DNA from: Myxococcales bacterium
Lineage (GTDB): Bacteria > Myxococcota > Myxococcia > Myxococcales > UBA5297
Reading direction: 5' to 3'
Assembly (NCBI GenBank): GCA_031262165.1
Contig: JAISIF010000213.1
Location: forward strand, 1-63,260
Length of the DNA stretch: 63,260 bases
How positions within the stretch are numbered: the stretch's first letter is position 1; every line of letters starts with the position of its first letter. The translations under genes and the position numbers were made by a program. A model generated the notes under the pieces. The model was not told the DNA's origin, ran no database searches, and saw only the letters and a program-made list of their open reading frames with translations. Of the stretch, positions 55,481-63,260 are shown in pieces.

Positions 55481-57439
55481 ATGGACGAACTCATGAATGG
55501 CCGTCGGCGCGAGACATCGGGCAACGCGAACGACGACACCGCCACCGCCACCGCGAACCTGGAGCGCCACCGCCAGCAGGTCGCTCAGCTCCTGGAGATC
55601 GGCAAGCCTGACCAGGCCATCCACGTGCTCCTGACCGCGACCAGGAAGGCGGTGCTCGAGCGCGCGGCCCTCCTCATGTTCGCCTCTCTTTCGCGCGAGC
55701 TCTTCCTGCGCGCCGAGGCAGGTGAGGCCCTGGCCGAGGCCATTCGCGCGGTCGCCACGCCCACCGATCGGACGCTCTTGTGTCTGTTGGCCGCCAGATT
55801 GCTGTGCGCCGATCGCCAGTTTTCGCGCGCGCGTGACGTTCTCCAGAAGGCGCTGGAACAGCAGCCGTCGGGTGACCTCGCCCTCGAACGCCGCCTGATC
55901 TTCGTTGCGCTGCGCGCTGGTGAGATCGAGTCGGCCATCGAGCTCGTGAATCGGCAGATCGCCCAGGCTCGCCACACCGGCAATCGTCGCCGCGCGGCCC
56001 GCCTCGACCAATGGCTGGGCATGCTGTTCGAGGCGCGCCTGGCAGATCACTTCCGGGCAGCGGAGTGCCACGCCAGAGCAGCCGCGCTCTGCAAGGCCCT
56101 GAACTCACCGAGGGAGACCTTCCGCGCCCAGTGCCACGCCGTGCTCTGCCTGAGCCGAATCGATCCGCCGCCGCGCCAATTTGTCGGCGCGATCAAGGCG
56201 CTGCGCACCACGGCCAAAGCTGCTGGCTGCTCAGCCGACGCCGAAGTTTTGCTGCGCTCCCTCGGCCTCGAGATCGAGCACACGCCTGCCGCTGCTCCCA
56301 CCGACCCGCCATCGCCATCGCCTTTGGCTTCGACATCGAACCAAACCCCGATCCCTTCCTCGATGGTGACGCCAACGCCAGAGCTGCTCTCGACGCCCGA
56401 CGCGACGCCCGCCGAGGCGCGGACACCGGCTGCCAGCGGTCGCTTTCTCTCTTTCTTCCAAGAGGCGGAACAGCAGCGCATCAACCCCGGCCCTGTTAAG
56501 CGCGACGCGCGTGGGGAGCGGCATCAGCTCGAACGCCGCGCTGCCGAGGCGCCCTTCGACGCGGCCCGCTACCGCGCCCTCGCGGCGCATTACCTGGCCC
56601 ACCAGCGCGAACCGCTCGCGCAGCTCGTCTCAGATGTGGCCGATGCGCTCGAAGGCCGCACCAGCGAGCGCCCCTCCGCTCCGTCGCTCACCCTGAACGA
56701 CGAGGACTGGAACCTGATCCAGCACCCGATCATGGGCTCGGCTGCCCATGAGATCGGCGCCCTGATCGGATCGGCCGTGTGCGAGATCTGCGCGAAGCCG
56801 CTCGCGTCGTTCGAGCCGCGCGGCACCTTCGCGATGGACGGCTCGGACAGCGCCTGGACCATGGCCGACGCGCTCCTGTGCGCCGTCCGCGTGCTGGGCG
56901 TGCGCGCCGGTGACGTCCACCTGGCCAAGGAAAAGGACGCCCACCTGCCCATCTTTCCCGTCTGCTCAACGCCACCCGCGCTGTTCGTCAGCCCGCCCAA
57001 ACTCCGCCAAAAACTGTCCAGCGCGCAGCTGCGCTTCTTTGCCGGACGCGCGCTCGCCACGCTCCGCCCCGAGCTCGGCATGTTCCTCCTCCTGCCGCTG
57101 GATCAGGTCGATGCCGTGCTCGACGGCCTGCGCCGCGCTCTCCTGCGAGAGGGCCGCATGACAGAGAAGACGCGCGCCATCGTCCAGCGCATCTCCGGCA
57201 AATCGGCGGAGCGCCTGATGTGGCTTTTCGAACGTCCATTCGACGAGACGTTCTGCGCCGCGTATTTCCGCGAAGGCGCAGGCCACACAGTCAATCGCCT
57301 GGGCCTGCTCACGGCGGGCAACATCGCGCCCGCGCTCAGCGCGCTCGAGTTCGCGGGCGCCTCTGAGGCCGAGCGGGCCGAGCTGCTGCGCTTTGCCATC
57401 TCGAAAGCGTATTTCGAGCTGCGCCTGCGCCGAGGGTGA
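55481..57439 (+). CDS. Hypothetical protein (helical/TPR-like N-terminal region, PS-rich linker, conserved-looking C-terminal domain)
   Basis: 652-aa ORF with good high-GC coding character and an ATG start. I recognise no motif. Confidence 0.65.
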   Translation: MDELMNGRRRETSGNANDDTATATANLERHRQQVAQLLEIGKPDQAIHVLLTATRKAVLERAALLMFASLSRELFLRAEAGEALAEAIRAVATPTDRTLLCLLAARLLCADRQFSRARDVLQKALEQQPSGDLALERRLIFVALRAGEIESAIELVNRQIAQARHTGNRRRAARLDQWLGMLFEARLADHFRAAECHARAAALCKALNSPRETFRAQCHAVLCLSRIDPPPRQFVGAIKALRTTAKAAGCSADAEVLLRSLGLEIEHTPAAAPTDPPSPSPLASTSNQTPIPSSMVTPTPELLSTPDATPAEARTPAASGRFLSFFQEAEQQRINPGPVKRDARGERHQLERRAAEAPFDAARYRALAAHYLAHQREPLAQLVSDVADALEGRTSERPSAPSLTLNDEDWNLIQHPIMGSAAHEIGALIGSAVCEICAKPLASFEPRGTFAMDGSDSAWTMADALLCAVRVLGVRAGDVHLAKEKDAHLPIFPVCSTPPALFVSPPKLRQKLSSAQLRFFAGRALATLRPELGMFLLLPLDQVDAVLDGLRRALLREGRMTEKTRAIVQRISGKSAERLMWLFERPFDETFCAAYFREGAGHTVNRLGLLTAGNIAPALSALEFAGASEAERAELLRFAISKAYFELRLRRG

Positions 57440-57454
57440 GGGGCCGCGATCACA

Positions 57455-57949
57455 TCACTGCCGCGATGGCAAATCCTTCGAGCAGACCTTTCCGACGCAG
57501 TGAATTCCCGCCCGCTGCAACGCGCGCCACTCCGAGCTCATTTTCAAAATTTTGATGCCGCTCGAGGCAACCCAGAGCCACTGCCAGCCCTTCACGTTTG
57601 CCCCGGGGCGCAGATGAACTTTGAGCTGGTCGAGTGCCGCACTCTTCTTGGCGATGACTACCGAGACCTCATTCGTCTTGGCGGGGTGTGCTTCGATAGC
57701 GACAACGCGCTGAGTCGATGCGTGCCCGAGCAGGTAGTCCCAGCGTTTTTCACTCGGATGGTCGGCGCAGAGCGCAGCATCGAGATCGATGCTGTCAGCA
57801 AAGACTGAACGGATTTCTTCATCAAAGTGACACAGGTGCTTCTTCGCTACGGCACACATTCCAGGCTTGAGCTCAGCTTGGAGAGGTGAGTTCTCCAAGA
57901 GCACACTCTGAACAGGCGTCGCCGGGACGCTCTTGAGACGCCGCTTCAC
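57455..57949 (-). CDS. 164-aa protein of unknown function, translationally coupled to the upstream ATPase gene
   Basis: The GTG at 57949 overlaps the ATPase TGA (GTGA). Sequence: VKRRLKSVPATPVQ...SIDLDAALCADHPSEKRWDYLLGHASTQRVVAIEAHPAKTNEV... The 306-aa track ORF (to 58375) would overlap the ATPase gene out of frame. Confidence 0.6.
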   Translation of the reverse strand: MKRRLKSVPATPVQSVLLENSPLQAELKPGMCAVAKKHLCHFDEEIRSVFADSIDLDAALCADHPSEKRWDYLLGHASTQRVVAIEAHPAKTNEVSVVIAKKSAALDQLKVHLRPGANVKGWQWLWVASSGIKILKMSSEWRALQRAGIHCVGKVCSKDLPSRQ

Positions 57950-59118
57950 GACGGGTCCTCGTTCACAGCCGCGCACACGATGTCGCCAAATCGAGACGAG
58001 TATTCGGTCAGGCCACCCCACTCGGCGACGCGCGGATCGTCCGATCCTGGATCCAAGGACGAGATGTCCGTCGAGGACACTTTCCCGTCTGAATCGAAGT
58101 CGAGCAGATAGGCGCGGTAGTCCTTGGTGAGCGCCTCTTCCGCGACCTTCTTCATCTGCTGAGAGGGCTTCATGTCGAAGGCCTCGCAGACGAGCTGCCA
58201 GCGCGCACGATGGGCCCTGAGCTCCCGCATCATCCAGATCATGGCCAATGGCTCTGGCGAGTGCGTCGAGAGGACGACCTTGTAGCCGCGCCACAGCAGG
58301 TCGAGCACGAGGAGCAAGACCGCGTTGATGGCCTTGGGATGCAGCCCCATCTCGGGCTCCTCGATGACGACCCAATCAGTGCCCTCGCGCTTCCGCAACG
58401 AAGTCGAGGGCAGCAGGAAATAGAGGCCCAGAAGGAGCGGGGTGAACTCACGCTGCCCGGCCGTCCAAGTCATGAAGGGCAGGTGCAGGTCGCCGTGGAC
58501 GAGGCGCAGCTCTTTGCGTGCAGCTGTCTCTTCGATTCCGACCGACCCGCCATGAAAGACGGCCGCATCGATCTTGCGGCGAATTTCCTCTTTCAGTCGC
58601 TTTTTGAGAGGGAAGAGCTTGCCCGCCTCCCTGCTCTTGAACCGATCGAACAGGTTCTGACTGAACAAGCGGGCGACCACAGGATTGTCTGAGTCCAGCC
58701 GATGGAAGGGCAGTGCCCAACCATCGCGAATCAGCAGCGAGCGCTGTGCTGGAACGAAGAAGAGCTTCTCGCCGCCCTCGCCCTGCTCATGAAGCGACTT
58801 CGGCGAAATCCCCTGACCACCGAAGGTGATGGCCGTGTTCTTCTTCCAGGAAGGCGCCATCCCCTCCCCGAAGATGAGGTCGATGAGCCGATCGGGCCGC
58901 GTCGAGTCGCCTGACTCGTCGAGCGCTTGGACGATCTGCTTCCCGTCCATCGCGACCTTGAGCCACTGCAGCGCGAGGCTCTTGCCCACCCCCTGCGGCC
59001 CAACGAGCACGGTGAGATCGCCCAGTTCGATCTGAACGTCGCGCAGGTGCGCGAAGTTTTGGATCCTCAGGGTCAGTCCACTCGACTTCTCGCCTTGCGT
59101 CTTTCGAGTTCTGGCCAC
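57946..59118 (-). CDS. ABC/SMC-like P-loop ATPase (AAA_21/AAA_15-type)
   Basis: 390 aa. LRIQNFAHLRDVQIELGDLTVLVGPQGVGKS (Walker A), PAQRS (Q-loop-like), TAGQREF (signature-like), DWVVIEEPEMGLHP (Walker B/D-loop) and VLSTHSP (H-loop). It starts 13 nt after the hisS stop. Confidence 0.8.
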   Translation of the reverse strand: MARTRKTQGEKSSGLTLRIQNFAHLRDVQIELGDLTVLVGPQGVGKSLALQWLKVAMDGKQIVQALDESGDSTRPDRLIDLIFGEGMAPSWKKNTAITFGGQGISPKSLHEQGEGGEKLFFVPAQRSLLIRDGWALPFHRLDSDNPVVARLFSQNLFDRFKSREAGKLFPLKKRLKEEIRRKIDAAVFHGGSVGIEETAARKELRLVHGDLHLPFMTWTAGQREFTPLLLGLYFLLPSTSLRKREGTDWVVIEEPEMGLHPKAINAVLLLVLDLLWRGYKVVLSTHSPEPLAMIWMMRELRAHRARWQLVCEAFDMKPSQQMKKVAEEALTKDYRAYLLDFDSDGKVSSTDISSLDPGSDDPRVAEWGGLTEYSSRFGDIVCAAVNEDPS

Positions 59119-59131
59119 GGGGCCTCCTCAC

Positions 59132-60421
59132 TCACATCGCCGCTGCGATGGCCTCTGGATCGAGCGCGACATCACGCGCCTCTCCGGTCGCCATCTGTTT
59201 GAGCGATGCCTTGCCCGAGGCGAGCTCACTGTCGCCCAAGACCAGAACGAAGCGCGCACCGACCTTGTCAGCCCGGCGCATCTGCGACTTGAGGCCGCCC
59301 CCGCGCAGATCCTGATCGACCCAGATGCCTTGTCGACGCAGAGCTGCTGCCAGTTGAAGCGCTTGCGCGATCGCGCTCTCGCCCATCGGAACGATGAAGA
59401 GATCTGGTCCGGGCGCGGGTTTCGCGTTGCGTGCGGCGAGCAGGGCCAGTCGATCGAGGCCAGCTGCGAATCCGACGGCAGGCGTCGCTGGTCCGCCCAG
59501 GCTCTCGATGAGACAGTCGTAGCGACCGCCCGCACACACCGTGCTCTGGCTGCCGAGCGCACCCTCGCCCGTCTCGCGCGAGACGAACTCGAAGACAGTG
59601 CGCGTGTAGTAGTCGAGGCCACGCACGATGCGCGGGTTGACGACATAGGGGATGGCGAGCGCGTCGAGCAGAGAGCGCACGCGATCGAAATGATCTCGGC
59701 ACGGCTCGCACAAAAAACCATCGATCGTGGGCACGCTCTGGGTGACGGCCTGACACTGGGCGCTCTTGCAGTCGAGCACGCGCAGCGGGTTCGTCTCTAG
59801 GCGGCGCTGGCATTCGGCGCACAGGTCTGCTGCGTGGCTCTTGAGCGCGGCGATGAGCGCCTCGACGTAGCGGGGTCGGCAGTTGGCATCGCCCAGCGAG
59901 TTGATCTCGAGCGTGAGCTCGCCCAGGTCGAGTCGCGAGAGAAAGGCATGCGCCGCATCGATGAGCTCAGCGTCGGCCTGCGGGGTGGCAGCGCCATAGA
60001 TCTCGGCGCCGACCTGGAAGAATTGGCGGTAGCGACCGCGCTGCTGGCGCTCACGGCGGAACATGGGGCCTAGGTAAAACCAGCGGACGAGTGCGCCCTG
60101 CGCGAGCTGATTGTGCTCGATGGCCGCACGCACCGCAGGCGCCGTGCCCTCGGGCCTGAGCGAGACGAGCGTGCCTGCCCTGCCCTCGGCCTTGCCATCC
60201 TCGAACGTGTACATCTCCTTGCCCACGATGTCGGTGGCCTCGCCCACGCCGCGAACGAAGAGTGCCGTCTTTTCCAGAACCGGCGTGCGCACCTCACCAA
60301 AGCCAAAGTGGGTGAGCGTGTCGCGGGCGCTCTCCTCGATGGTGCGCCACTGCGCTGTCACATCGGGAAGCAGGTCATTCATGCCTTTGACCGCAGTGAT
60401 CTTGTCTGCCATCGGCCTCAC
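59132..60421 (-). CDS. hisS: Histidine--tRNA ligase
   Basis: 429 aa; ATG 60412 is an alternative start. VKGMNDLLP, RYDCL-type motifs, LRPEGTAPAVRA, YLGPMFRRERQQRGRYRQFFQ and GGRYD. ATG 60421 overlaps the psd stop (ATGA). Confidence 0.95.
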   Translation of the reverse strand: MRPMADKITAVKGMNDLLPDVTAQWRTIEESARDTLTHFGFGEVRTPVLEKTALFVRGVGEATDIVGKEMYTFEDGKAEGRAGTLVSLRPEGTAPAVRAAIEHNQLAQGALVRWFYLGPMFRRERQQRGRYRQFFQVGAEIYGAATPQADAELIDAAHAFLSRLDLGELTLEINSLGDANCRPRYVEALIAALKSHAADLCAECQRRLETNPLRVLDCKSAQCQAVTQSVPTIDGFLCEPCRDHFDRVRSLLDALAIPYVVNPRIVRGLDYYTRTVFEFVSRETGEGALGSQSTVCAGGRYDCLIESLGGPATPAVGFAAGLDRLALLAARNAKPAPGPDLFIVPMGESAIAQALQLAAALRRQGIWVDQDLRGGGLKSQMRRADKVGARFVLVLGDSELASGKASLKQMATGEARDVALDPEAIAAAM

Positions 60422-61275
60422 TCCTTGCCTGCCGTCACGCGGCCGATCGCCTGGCCCATGCGGATCTTGTCGCCCTCGGTCAGCGCCGCATCGAGCGTCA
60501 CGCGGCCTGGCTCGAAGACCAGGATCACGGTCGAACCCATCTCGAACACGCCGAGCTCGGCGCCCTTGTCCACGGCCAGCGGCGGCTCGAATGATTGCTC
60601 CCGGGTATTGGCGAGCGATTCACGCGTCTTGAGGTCGCAGTAGCTTGCGCGGATGGCACCGACGCACGTGGCGCCGACCTTGACCACGGCCACCTCACCC
60701 GCGGCGGTCGACAGATAGGTGATGAGCCGCTCGTTCACGCAAAACAGGTTGGGGACGCTGCGCACCGAGGGGCCGTTCACGGGGAAGAGCTCGCCTGGGA
60801 TCACGCTGCACGCCTCGATGGCACCAGCGAGCGGGGCATGGATGCGGTGGTAGTCGCGCGGCGACAGATAGAGCGTGAGGTAGGTGCCACCCATGAAGCG
60901 CTCTGCCCGCGTCGAGTCGTCGAGCAGCGCGGCGAGCGAGTAGTCGCGGCCCTTGGCCTGGATCATCCGACCGCCGGTCGCGATACCAAACGCCGAGACA
61001 CGTGCATCCACGGGTGAGACCACCACATCGTCGCCAACCGCGATGGGCCGGGCACCTTCCTTGAGTGGCCGCGTGAAGAAGTCCGCAAACGTGGCGCACT
61101 CGTCTGGCGTGAGCGCGGCCTCGTCCGTGTCGATGTCGAGGATGCGGGCAAATGCGCGCGCGGCTTTTTGATGGATCTTGGAAGACACGGGCAGGCGCGT
61201 GGCCTTGCCAACCCCTTTGCTGAGCAGGGATTTGGGCAAAAGGGTGAGCGCTGTCAGAATGGCGGCTTGTTTCAT
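60418..61275 (-). CDS. psd: Phosphatidylserine decarboxylase proenzyme
   Basis: 285 aa from ATG 61275. LSPRDYHRIHAP, VNERL, and the self-cleavage motif FEMGSTV. The track start at 61407 is an over-extension. Confidence 0.9.
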   Translation of the reverse strand: MKQAAILTALTLLPKSLLSKGVGKATRLPVSSKIHQKAARAFARILDIDTDEAALTPDECATFADFFTRPLKEGARPIAVGDDVVVSPVDARVSAFGIATGGRMIQAKGRDYSLAALLDDSTRAERFMGGTYLTLYLSPRDYHRIHAPLAGAIEACSVIPGELFPVNGPSVRSVPNLFCVNERLITYLSTAAGEVAVVKVGATCVGAIRASYCDLKTRESLANTREQSFEPPLAVDKGAELGVFEMGSTVILVFEPGRVTLDAALTEGDKIRMGQAIGRVTAGKE

Positions 61276-61499
61276 GGCAATTTCCAGGGCGGCGAAGGGC
61301 CGACGGGGGAGGGGAGTGGCGAGATGGGATGGGGATGGAGAGTTGGAGCGCGCGATGCGTCGGTGAACAGCGGAGCACTCCGAAGCACGAAAGAAGCGCT
61401 CGTTCACCTGGTGCGCCGCAGTCGAGCTGAGTCGGATCGGATCGCTCGCTCGACAGCGGGGAGCGACTCGTCGGCAGTGGACAACCGGCGTGCTGGCCG

Positions 61500-62234
61500 T
61501 CAGATGCCCAGGAAGAGGCGCTTGCCGAAGTTGAGGGCCAGGTCAGCCTCGAAGATGCGCCGCGCGGACGTCTCGATGTCGTATTCGACGCGATGGAATT
61601 GGGCGATGCGCTTCGCAGTGTCATACACGACGAAGCACGACCGGTTGTCGTAGTCGCGGGGCTGGCCAATGCTGCCGACGGAGATGACGTATTTGCGGCC
61701 AGGCTGAATCGAGACGATCGGGTCGCGCGCCTCGAAGAATTCCCCACCCTCAGAGAGCGCGAAGGCCTTGCTCATGTGCGAGTGGCCGATGAAGGTGACC
61801 TCGCTCAGCGCCTCGTAGTGGGGCAGGAGCTCTTCGAGCTGCTCGATGGTGAAGATGTATTCGTAGGCTTCGGGTCGAAGCGGCGCGCCGTGGGAAAAGC
61901 ACAGATCGCCGAAGCGGTAGGCGTAAGGCAGGCTGCGCAGCCACGCGAGGTTGGGGGAGGAAAGCTGCGCCGCGGTCCAATCGAGGACCTGGCGCGCGGC
62001 CTCATAATAGGCGCCATAATCCATTCGCCTGGAGACGGCGGCGTCATGATTTCCAAGCAGCGTGATCTCGGTCATGTTGCGGATGAGCGCGCAACAGGCT
62101 TCGGGGCTGGCCCCATAGCCGACGACATCCCCCAGACAGATGATGCGATCGACGTCGAGGTGTTCGAGTTCGCACTTCGTGGCGAGGAGCGCTTCGAGGT
62201 TGGAGTGGATGTCGCTGATGATGGCAATACGCAT
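61500..62234 (-). CDS. Metallophosphoesterase (calcineurin-like; YfcE/MJ0936-type)
   Basis: 244 aa. MRIAIISDIHSN (DxH), CLGDVVGYG (GDxxxxG), GNHD and IGHSH. Confidence 0.85.
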   Translation of the reverse strand: MRIAIISDIHSNLEALLATKCELEHLDVDRIICLGDVVGYGASPEACCALIRNMTEITLLGNHDAAVSRRMDYGAYYEAARQVLDWTAAQLSSPNLAWLRSLPYAYRFGDLCFSHGAPLRPEAYEYIFTIEQLEELLPHYEALSEVTFIGHSHMSKAFALSEGGEFFEARDPIVSIQPGRKYVISVGSIGQPRDYDNRSCFVVYDTAKRIAQFHRVEYDIETSARRIFEADLALNFGKRLFLGI

Positions 62235-62518
62235 GGATAGGCCTCAATGAATCGCAGGGGGCGTCCGAAAAAGCCGCGTATTATACGCGCTGCTGTCACC
62301 TGATGGAACTATTTTATCATCGTTGTTTTGATTTCATCTGAATCAGAGAACATTCGTTTTTAATTTATTTATCATTCGTCAATATATTCCTTCACCATGA
62401 CGACATGTTTTTTCAGAAATATTTGAAGAGAGACTGTCATTTTCATCAAAAATCCTGGTTTTGGAAAAGGATTGAGAAATGGTCGACAGAAGCATCCGTT
62501 TAAAAATTATTCAGCCCA

Positions 62519-62650
62519 CTAACACTACAGTTGCGATTGACTTCTATCGCCTGGAAATTCGGAAGAATTCTGAGGTCGCCATCATCCGGCTTTCCTCTGG
62601 CAGAACTAGTTTGGATCGTCCCAAAACGAAAACAGCAACTGTAGTGCTAG
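62519..62650. mobile_element. 132-bp MITE with the same termini as the IS701-like element at the window start
   Basis: Left end CTAACACTACAGTTG (62519-33) is the reverse complement, with 1 mismatch, of right end CAACTGTAGTGCTAG (62636-50). The right end plus the next G is identical to 274-289. The AT-rich interior has no credible ORF. Confidence 0.7.
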
Positions 62651-63260
62651 GCCCTGTTTGAAAACCCTTGAAGAAGCCCGGAGGGATGAAAGAAGGACCA
62701 AATGCACCGACACGAATTGACCGAACGAGAGTGGAATCGCATTGCGCATTTACTTCCAATCAAAACACCGGGCAGCCCGGGTAAGCCGCCCGAACTCGAC
62801 AATCGGATTTTCATGAATGCGATCTATTACATCGTCAAGACTGGAATTCCTTGGCGGGATTTGCCTGAGCGTTTTGGCCCATGGGAGACGGTTTATGCAC
62901 GTTTCTCTTTATGGAATCGTAAAGGTATTCTTCAAAAAGTGCATGATGAATTGGCCAAAGATGCCGACCACGAGTCGAACATGGCCGATGGGAGCTACGT
63001 CAAGGTGCATCGGGACGCCTCCGGCGGAAAAAGGGGGGCCAAAATCAGGCGATCGGTCGGTCACGTGGCGGATTGACAACGAAAATTCACGCACTCGTGG
63101 ACGCATTGGGCAATTCAATTCACATTCATCTTTCTGCGGGCAATGTGCATGATGCGACCGAGGCGCCCGCGCTTATTGAAAAAGCTCAGGGCGAAAATTT
63201 ATTGCCGACAAAGGCTACGACTCGGACAAAATTATTGCGGCCATTGCAGAAAAGCGCGAA
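62651..63260 (+). mobile_element. IS5-family insertion sequence (IS427/IS1031-like group), left part; runs off the window
   Basis: A putative left IR GGCCCTGTTTGAAAACCC starts right after CTAG. The transposase begins at 62702. Confidence 0.75.
62702..63260 (+). pseudogene. IS5-family DDE transposase (DUF4096-type N-terminus), frameshifted, 3'-truncated by the window
   Basis: OrfA reads LTEREWNRIAHLLP...NAIYYIVKTGIPWRDLPERFGPWETVYARFSLWNRKGI. After the A5G6 run (63028-63038) the -1 frame reads KGGQNQAIGRSRGGLTTKIHALVDALGNSIHIHLSAGNVHDATEAPALIEKAQGEN. A further -1 shift near 63196 is then needed to read FIADKGYDSDKIIAAIAEKRE. Confidence 0.7.

Noticed and set aside
57455-58375. 306-aa version of the ORF downstream of the ATPase gene
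   Set aside because: Its first 142 codons overlap the ATPase gene out of frame and are Arg/Gly/Ala-rich filler. A GTG at 57949 forms a GTGA overlap with the ATPase stop and gives a compact 164-aa product.
62479-62661. 60-aa ORF MVDRSIRLKIIQPTNTTVAIDF...
   Set aside because: It lies entirely within the AT-rich DNA and the 132-bp MITE, reading through both terminal inverted repeats. It has no RBS and no coding bias.
1-63260. CRISPR arrays, rRNA genes and tRNA genes
   Set aside because: The many repeats are dispersed inverted-repeat elements, not regularly spaced direct repeats with unique spacers. I saw no cloverleaf-like GC-rich 70-90-nt segments or rRNA-like stretches in the intergenic regions. 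This was a scan by eye only, so tRNAscan and Infernal should confirm it.

Overview
High-GC chromosomal segment (about two-thirds G+C by eye), punctuated by short, strongly AT-rich islets. Gene content suggests a myxobacterium-like deltaproteobacterium: a mevalonate-pathway kinase, a Ser/Thr kinase with a proline-rich linker, PA-rich low-complexity tails, and a dcw cluster containing a PASTA-bearing FtsI. This assignment is an inference.

The core of the window is a complete division/cell-wall (dcw) cluster at 27.1-46.9 kb: mraZ-(STAS gene)-rsmH-ftsL-ftsI-murE-murF-mraY-murD-ftsW-murG-murC-murB-ddl-ftsQ-ftsA-ftsZ. It is flanked by housekeeping genes: aspS, rpsT, mazG, recQ, a parE-like gene, ruvA, ruvC, radC, a fabF-like gene, hisS and psd. 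Both window edges carry IS material: a decayed IS701-like 3' end at 1-289, and an IS5-family element from about 62651 that has landed next to a 132-bp MITE sharing the IS701-like termini.

The intergenic space is unusually rich in non-coding repeats:
- a 150-160 bp MITE present in four copies;
- two further inverted-repeat families;
- GTAGGGGC/GCCCCTAC REP-like palindromes;
- a CCCTCTCC..GGGAGAGGG hairpin family at gene ends.

Candidates for undescribed biology:
1. A translationally coupled ABC-type ATPase plus a 164-aa orphan partner, appended after hisS (57455-59118).
2. An AT-rich islet (22.2-23.0 kb) with a duplicated module encoding a conserved tiny hydrophobic peptide.
3. A cation-diffusion-facilitator membrane domain fused to an HflK-like SPFH domain, in a three-gene operon.
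4. A GGGtGRT/IscU-like gene pair.
5. A 1072-aa membrane protein with no recognisable domains.
6. An AT-rich, repeat-structured regulatory spacer plus a STAS gene inside the dcw cluster.

I saw no rRNA genes, tRNA genes or CRISPR arrays. All calls rest on reading the sequence and the ORF track by eye. No searches or computations were run.
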